The notes under the pieces: generated by a model | The model's database searches: none | Told to the model about the DNA's origin: nothing | What the model saw: the letters and a program-made list of their open reading frames with translations, nothing else | Assembly (NCBI GenBank): GCA_963793875.1 | Contig: CAWCBS010000014.1 | Span: 90,088-154,087 of the forward strand | Origin: an uncultured Chloroflexia bacterium | Lineage (GTDB): Bacteria; Chloroflexota; Dormibacteria; Aeolococcales; Aeolococcaceae | Length of the DNA: 64,000 bases | Reading direction: 5' to 3' | Shown here: piece after piece, positions 59,824 to 64,000 of the stretch | How the letters are laid out: each line of letters begins with the position of its first letter | Numbering within the stretch: the stretch's first letter is position 1 | Made by a program: the position numbers and the translations under genes

Positions 59824-62800
59824 GTGAGGTTGCAGCGTCTCGTCCTCAGCGGGTTCAAGACCTTCGCTCATCGGACCGAGATCCGCTTCGAGCCCGGGAT
59901 CACCGCGGTCGTCGGGCCCAACGGGAGCGGGAAGAGCAACCTTGTCGACGCGGTCCGGTGGGCGCTGGGGGAGACCAACGCCCGGGAGCTGCGCGGCAAC
60001 CGCCTGGACGAGATGATCTTCGCGGGCGGTTCGGGTCGGGACCGGATGGGGGTGGCCGAGGTCGAGCTGATCCTCGACAACGAGGACGGGCAGCTCCCGG
60101 TCGAGGATGCCGAGGTCGCGATCAGCCGCCGGGTGGTGCGCGGCGGCGAGGTCGAGTACCGGGTGAACGGGGAGCGCACCCGGCTTCGCGACGTCGAACG
60201 GATCCTGGGGGGCACCGGGCTGACCCAGCACGGCTACGCCGTGGTGGCCCAGCACGATATCGAGGCGATCATCGAGGCCAGTCCCCGGCAGCGCCGCTCG
60301 CTGGTCGAGCAGGCGGCCGGCGTCCGCCCTCTCCGAGTCGCCTGCGACGACGCCCTGCGCCGGCTGGACCAGGTGGGCGTCGCGGTGCAGCGGCTGGTCG
60401 ACCGGCTCGGCGAGTCCGAGCCCCGGCTGGCCGAGCTGGCCGGCGAGCGCGAGGCGGCCCTGGAGGTGAGAGGTCTGGCCGAGCGCCTCGCCTCACTGCG
60501 GGGGAGCCTGGCCCGTGAGGCCTGGCGGGCGGCTCGCGCCGAGGTGAGGCAGGCCCGGCGGCGGCTGGAGACAGCCGAGCGGCGGCTGGAGGCCGCCACC
60601 GAGGCGGAGGCCGGCTTCGCGGCCCGGGTGGATGCGGCTCGGGCCGAGCTGGAGACCGCGCGGGCGGCGCAGCATGCGGCGGCGGAGCGCCTCGAGGCAG
60701 CCCGGGTCGCCGCCGAGCGCTGTCGCGGCGAGGCCCGGCGCTTCGCGGACCGCACCTGGACTGCGGCGCTGCACCGGGCCGACGCCCGGCGCCAGGCGCG
60801 GGCGTCGGCGCTCGAGGTCGAGGCGGCGCGCGAGACCCTGGAGCGGCTCGTCGGCGCTGCGGCGGAGACCCGCCGGCGGCTCCAGGAGCTGGAGGCCGCG
60901 ACGGCCGCACTGGCCTCCGAGAGCCGCGCGGCGGCCACCGCGGCGACCGAGGCCCAGCGGGCGGCCGATTCGGCGGAGCGCGAGCTGGCCCGCGCCGCGG
61001 CGCTGACCGTGAGCGCGCTGGCGGGCGCCCACGACCGCGCCGAGAACCGGCATCTCCTCGACGAGTCCTTCCGGGCCGCCGCGGAGGAGCTGACCGCCGG
61101 CCGGGGCCGCGCTGTGGAGCTGGAGACGGCGGCACGCGCGGCGGAGGCGCACCTCGCCGAGCTGGCGGCCTCCGCCCGGGGGGCGGAGGCGGAGACGGCC
61201 CTGCGCGCCACCGCCCTCGGGGAGGCGCGCAACGCCCTGCGGGAGGCCGAGGAGCGGAGGGTCGAGGCGCGGGAGCGGATGACCCGCTCCCTGGGGCGCG
61301 CGGCCAGCCTGCGCGGCCAGGTGGACGGTCTGCTGGGCGGCACCGGGGCCATCGGGGCCCGGGCGGTCGAGCTGGGGGCGGTCCGGCTGGTGGACTCCCT
61401 CCGGGTCCGAGACGCCGCGGATGCGGCCGCCGTCGAGGCGGCGCTGGAGCCGCACCTCGGGGCCTGGGTGGTCGCCGACCTCGATGGGGCGCTCCACCTG
61501 CTCCGGGGCTCGGAGGTCCGTGAGGAGGTCCTGGCCGCCGGTGGGGAGGGAGCGAGCTCGGGCGCAGCGGATGCGCGGCCCGCGGGGCTGGAGGCGCGGG
61601 TCGCGGACCGGGGCGCTGGCGGCATGGACGAGGCCGGCCCCCGGCTGGAGGGCGGCGCGGCCCGGCGCGCGCTCGAGGCCGTGGACGTGGATCCTCGAGC
61701 CGGCGCGGCCGCGGCGTACTGCCTGGCCGGCACCTGGCTGGTCGCCGACCTGGACGAGGCGCGGCGGCTGGCCGCGACCGGCGCCAGGGCGGTTCTCCCC
61801 GATGGCGCGGTGATCACTGCCCGGGGGGCGCGTGCGGGTGGCGGCAAGGTGCCCACGCTAACCCTGGTGGCCGCGGCCCGGGAGGCCCAGGAGGCCGCCG
61901 AGGCTGCCAGCGCCCTCGAGGCCTGCGCGAGCAGTCGTGTGCGCGGCTGCTCGGAGGCGGTGGCGAACGCGGATCAGGCGCTGACCGCGGCGTCGTCGAC
62001 CCTGGCCGCCCAGCGCCGCGCGGTTGCCGATGCCACCGCGCAGTCGGCGGCGGCGGGGATCGCAGCGGCCATGGAGGCGCGGCGGCTGACCACCCTCGAG
62101 GCGGAGCTGAGCCGGCACACCGAGGCCCGCGCTCAGGCCGAAGGGGCGGCCCGGAATGCGGCGGCGGAGGCCGAGCGAGCCGGGCGGGACGAGGAGGTGT
62201 TCCGCACCGCTGCCCAAAGGGCTCGTGCCCGGCACCTCGAGCTGCGTGAGCGCAGTGAGCGGCTGGGGGCGCAGCTGAGCCGGGCGGAGGCGGCCGTGGC
62301 CGAGCTGCGGGTCGCGGCTGACGACGCGGAGCGCCGCCGTCTGGAGACCGAACGCCGGCGCCACGAGGCCGCCGCGCGGGTCGCCGAGTCCGATGCCCGG
62401 GTGGCCGGAGCGGAGACCGAGGCGCTGACCGCCCTGGCGCGAGGTGGAGCGGCGGCGGTGGCGGCCCGCAGCGCGGAGGACCTCGTGGAGACGGCCGCGA
62501 CGCGGCTGGCCGCGAGCTCGCGGCCGCTGGGGGAGATGGAGGGCGCGCTCAACGCCCTGGAGACCGAGCGCGGGGAGGTCCGGGTGGCGGTCGCTCGCGC
62601 CGAGGACGAGGTCAACGCCGCCCGGAGCGACGTGGATGTGGCCGAGATGCGGCTCGCGGAACAGGCTGAACAGGTCCGCGACCAGGTGGAGGACGACCCG
62701 GTGGAGCTGGACCCCGCCGCCGCCGAGCGCGCCGAGCGGGAGATCGCTCGGCTGGAACGCCGGATCGCGGCGATGGGGCCGGTGAACGCCCTGGCCCCGG

Positions 62801-63480
62801 AGCAGCACGATGCGCTGGAAGAGCGGGTCGGCCGCCTCCGGGCCGCCCGTGACGACCTGGCGGTGGCATCCGCCGAGGTGGCCAACCTGGTGCGCCGCTT
62901 CGACACCGAGGCCGGCCGGCGTTTCGAGGCCGTCTTCGGGGCGGTCAACGCCCACTTCGGCGAGCTCTTCGCCGAACTCTTCCCGGGCGGACGCGCCGCC
63001 CTTCGGATGGAGGCCCCCCCGGAGCCGCCGGCGGTGCCGGCCGGGGAGGAGCCCAGGGGCCCCGCCAGGGTGGAGGAGGAGCTGCCCGGGGTGGCGATCC
63101 TGGCTCAGCCCCCCGGCAAGCGGCTTCAGCACCTGAGCCTCTTGAGCGGCGGGGAGCGGGCGCTCACCGCGCTGGCGGTGGTCCTGGCGCTCCAGCAGGT
63201 CAACCCCTCGCCCTTCTACATCTTCGACGAGGTCGACGCCCCGCTCGACGACACCAGCGTGCTGCGCTTCACCCGGCTGCTGGGCCGCCTGGCCACTCTC
63301 CAGCAGTTCATCGTGGTGACCCACAATCACGTCACCATGGCCGCCGCGGACGCCCTCTACGGGGTGACGATCGATCGCGAGGGGGTGAGCTCGCTGCTCT
63401 CGGTCCGCTTCGGCCTCGACACCGGGGCCGCCGACGTGACCGGGACCCTGGTCGCGCCGCTCCGCCGTGTCGCCTCGTAA
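59824..63480 (+). CDS. smc: Chromosome segregation protein SMC
   Basis: The N-terminus is MRLQRLVLSGFKTFA…GPNGSGKSN (Walker A). Long coiled coils follow. A C-terminal LSGGE signature and Walker B (FYIFDEVDAPLDD) complete it. 1218 aa. Confidence 0.9.
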   Translation: MRLQRLVLSGFKTFAHRTEIRFEPGITAVVGPNGSGKSNLVDAVRWALGETNARELRGNRLDEMIFAGGSGRDRMGVAEVELILDNEDGQLPVEDAEVAISRRVVRGGEVEYRVNGERTRLRDVERILGGTGLTQHGYAVVAQHDIEAIIEASPRQRRSLVEQAAGVRPLRVACDDALRRLDQVGVAVQRLVDRLGESEPRLAELAGEREAALEVRGLAERLASLRGSLAREAWRAARAEVRQARRRLETAERRLEAATEAEAGFAARVDAARAELETARAAQHAAAERLEAARVAAERCRGEARRFADRTWTAALHRADARRQARASALEVEAARETLERLVGAAAETRRRLQELEAATAALASESRAAATAATEAQRAADSAERELARAAALTVSALAGAHDRAENRHLLDESFRAAAEELTAGRGRAVELETAARAAEAHLAELAASARGAEAETALRATALGEARNALREAEERRVEARERMTRSLGRAASLRGQVDGLLGGTGAIGARAVELGAVRLVDSLRVRDAADAAAVEAALEPHLGAWVVADLDGALHLLRGSEVREEVLAAGGEGASSGAADARPAGLEARVADRGAGGMDEAGPRLEGGAARRALEAVDVDPRAGAAAAYCLAGTWLVADLDEARRLAATGARAVLPDGAVITARGARAGGGKVPTLTLVAAAREAQEAAEAASALEACASSRVRGCSEAVANADQALTAASSTLAAQRRAVADATAQSAAAGIAAAMEARRLTTLEAELSRHTEARAQAEGAARNAAAEAERAGRDEEVFRTAAQRARARHLELRERSERLGAQLSRAEAAVAELRVAADDAERRRLETERRRHEAAARVAESDARVAGAETEALTALARGGAAAVAARSAEDLVETAATRLAASSRPLGEMEGALNALETERGEVRVAVARAEDEVNAARSDVDVAEMRLAEQAEQVRDQVEDDPVELDPAAAERAEREIARLERRIAAMGPVNALAPEQHDALEERVGRLRAARDDLAVASAEVANLVRRFDTEAGRRFEAVFGAVNAHFGELFAELFPGGRAALRMEAPPEPPAVPAGEEPRGPARVEEELPGVAILAQPPGKRLQHLSLLSGGERALTALAVVLALQQVNPSPFYIFDEVDAPLDDTSVLRFTRLLGRLATLQQFIVVTHNHVTMAAADALYGVTIDREGVSSLLSVRFGLDTGAADVTGTLVAPLRRVAS

Positions 63481-63563
63481 CCGGGGGACGGCGGCGACTG
63501 GCCCCGGCCCGGAGCTCACGGGTGGCGAGCGACGGGGTCACCTCAGGTGGTGAGGAGGGGAAG

Positions 63564-64000
63564 ATGACGCGGCAGCTGGTCAGCCGCCCCCAGCGGGAGT
63601 CCTGGTGGCGGCGCATGTCCCGGCGGATGGACCGGGCCTCGCTCAGCTTCAGCGAGCAGGTGCGCGAAGCCGTCCTGCTGCGCCGCGACCTCGACGACGA
63701 ATTCTGGGACGACCTCCTCCAGGTGCTGGTCGGCGCCGACTGCGGCATGACCGTGGCCGAGGCGCTGGTGGCGCGGCTCCGCGCCCGGGTCCGGGACGAG
63801 CGGATGTCCACCCCGGAGCAGGCGGTGCGCGCCCTCAAGGCGGAGATGCTGGCCGTGCTCGAGGCCCGCGATCGCGAGCTCCACATCGACCAGGTACCGG
63901 CGGTGGTGCTGATGGTCGGGGTCAACGGCAGCGGCAAGACCACCACCATCGGCAAGCTGGCCCACCGGCTCCAGGTCGAGGGGCGGACCACGCTCATCGC
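63564..64000 (+). CDS. ftsY: Signal recognition particle receptor FtsY (5' partial; continues beyond the window)
   Basis: GAGGAGGGG Shine-Dalgarno precedes the ATG at 63564. The NG-domain P-loop GVNGSGKTTTIGKLA is present. It lies downstream of smc, as is usual. Confidence 0.8.
   Translation, partial: MTRQLVSRPQRESWWRRMSRRMDRASLSFSEQVREAVLLRRDLDDEFWDDLLQVLVGADCGMTVAEALVARLRARVRDERMSTPEQAVRALKAEMLAVLEARDRELHIDQVPAVVLMVGVNGSGKTTTIGKLAHRLQVEGRTTLI

Overview
This is a 64 kb window from a very high-GC (about 70-72%) bacterial chromosome. The lineage is not resolved from sequence alone. The window carries a dense run of conserved housekeeping genes in recognisable synteny, and most adjacent genes overlap by 1-4 bp (often ATGA) at their junctions:
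- tryptophan genes trpE-trpG-trpC-trpF-trpB-trpA, followed by aroA
- an Lhr-type helicase, mutM, and a respiratory nuoJKLMN block
- SRP RNA, then dnaX-ybaB-recR
- one complete rRNA operon (16S, tRNA-Ile, tRNA-Ala, 23S, 5S) and a tRNA-Leu(GAG)
- folE, rlmN, rpmB, asp23-yloV ... recG, rsmD-coaD, rpmF-fabD-fabG-acpP-rnc-smc-ftsY

The most notable feature is in the 23S rRNA gene. It is about 3.96 kb long because domain IV is interrupted by two tandem group I-like introns 20 nt apart in the mature rRNA.
- The first is 710 nt, sits at the E. coli-equivalent site L1931, and is filled almost completely by a single-motif LAGLIDADG (I-CeuI-family) homing endonuclease ORF. Its GC is about 55%, far below the host.
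- The second is 249 nt, sits at L1951, and has no ORF.
- Removing both restores a 23S of about 2999 nt that is colinear with E. coli 23S.

Other notable items:
- A complete IS1380-family insertion sequence with imperfect terminal inverted repeats and a CTAG target duplication, inserted exactly at the stop codon of the upstream gene.
- An lhr helicase split into two ORFs (1062 + 448 aa, together the size of full-length Lhr).
- A frameshifted uridine-kinase-family gene.
- A TadE/TadE/TadG pseudopilin triplet wedged between yloV and recG.
- A MoaD/ThiS-like Gly-Gly protein next to mnmA.
- A nuoJKLMN module without nuoA-I.
- An RNase III with long low-complexity N- and C-terminal extensions that contain three RRRRSRSR repeats.

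Many of the long ORFs in the supplied track are high-GC alternate-frame or antisense artefacts and were not called. My hand-counted coordinates may be off by 1-2 nt where they do not come from the ORF track.
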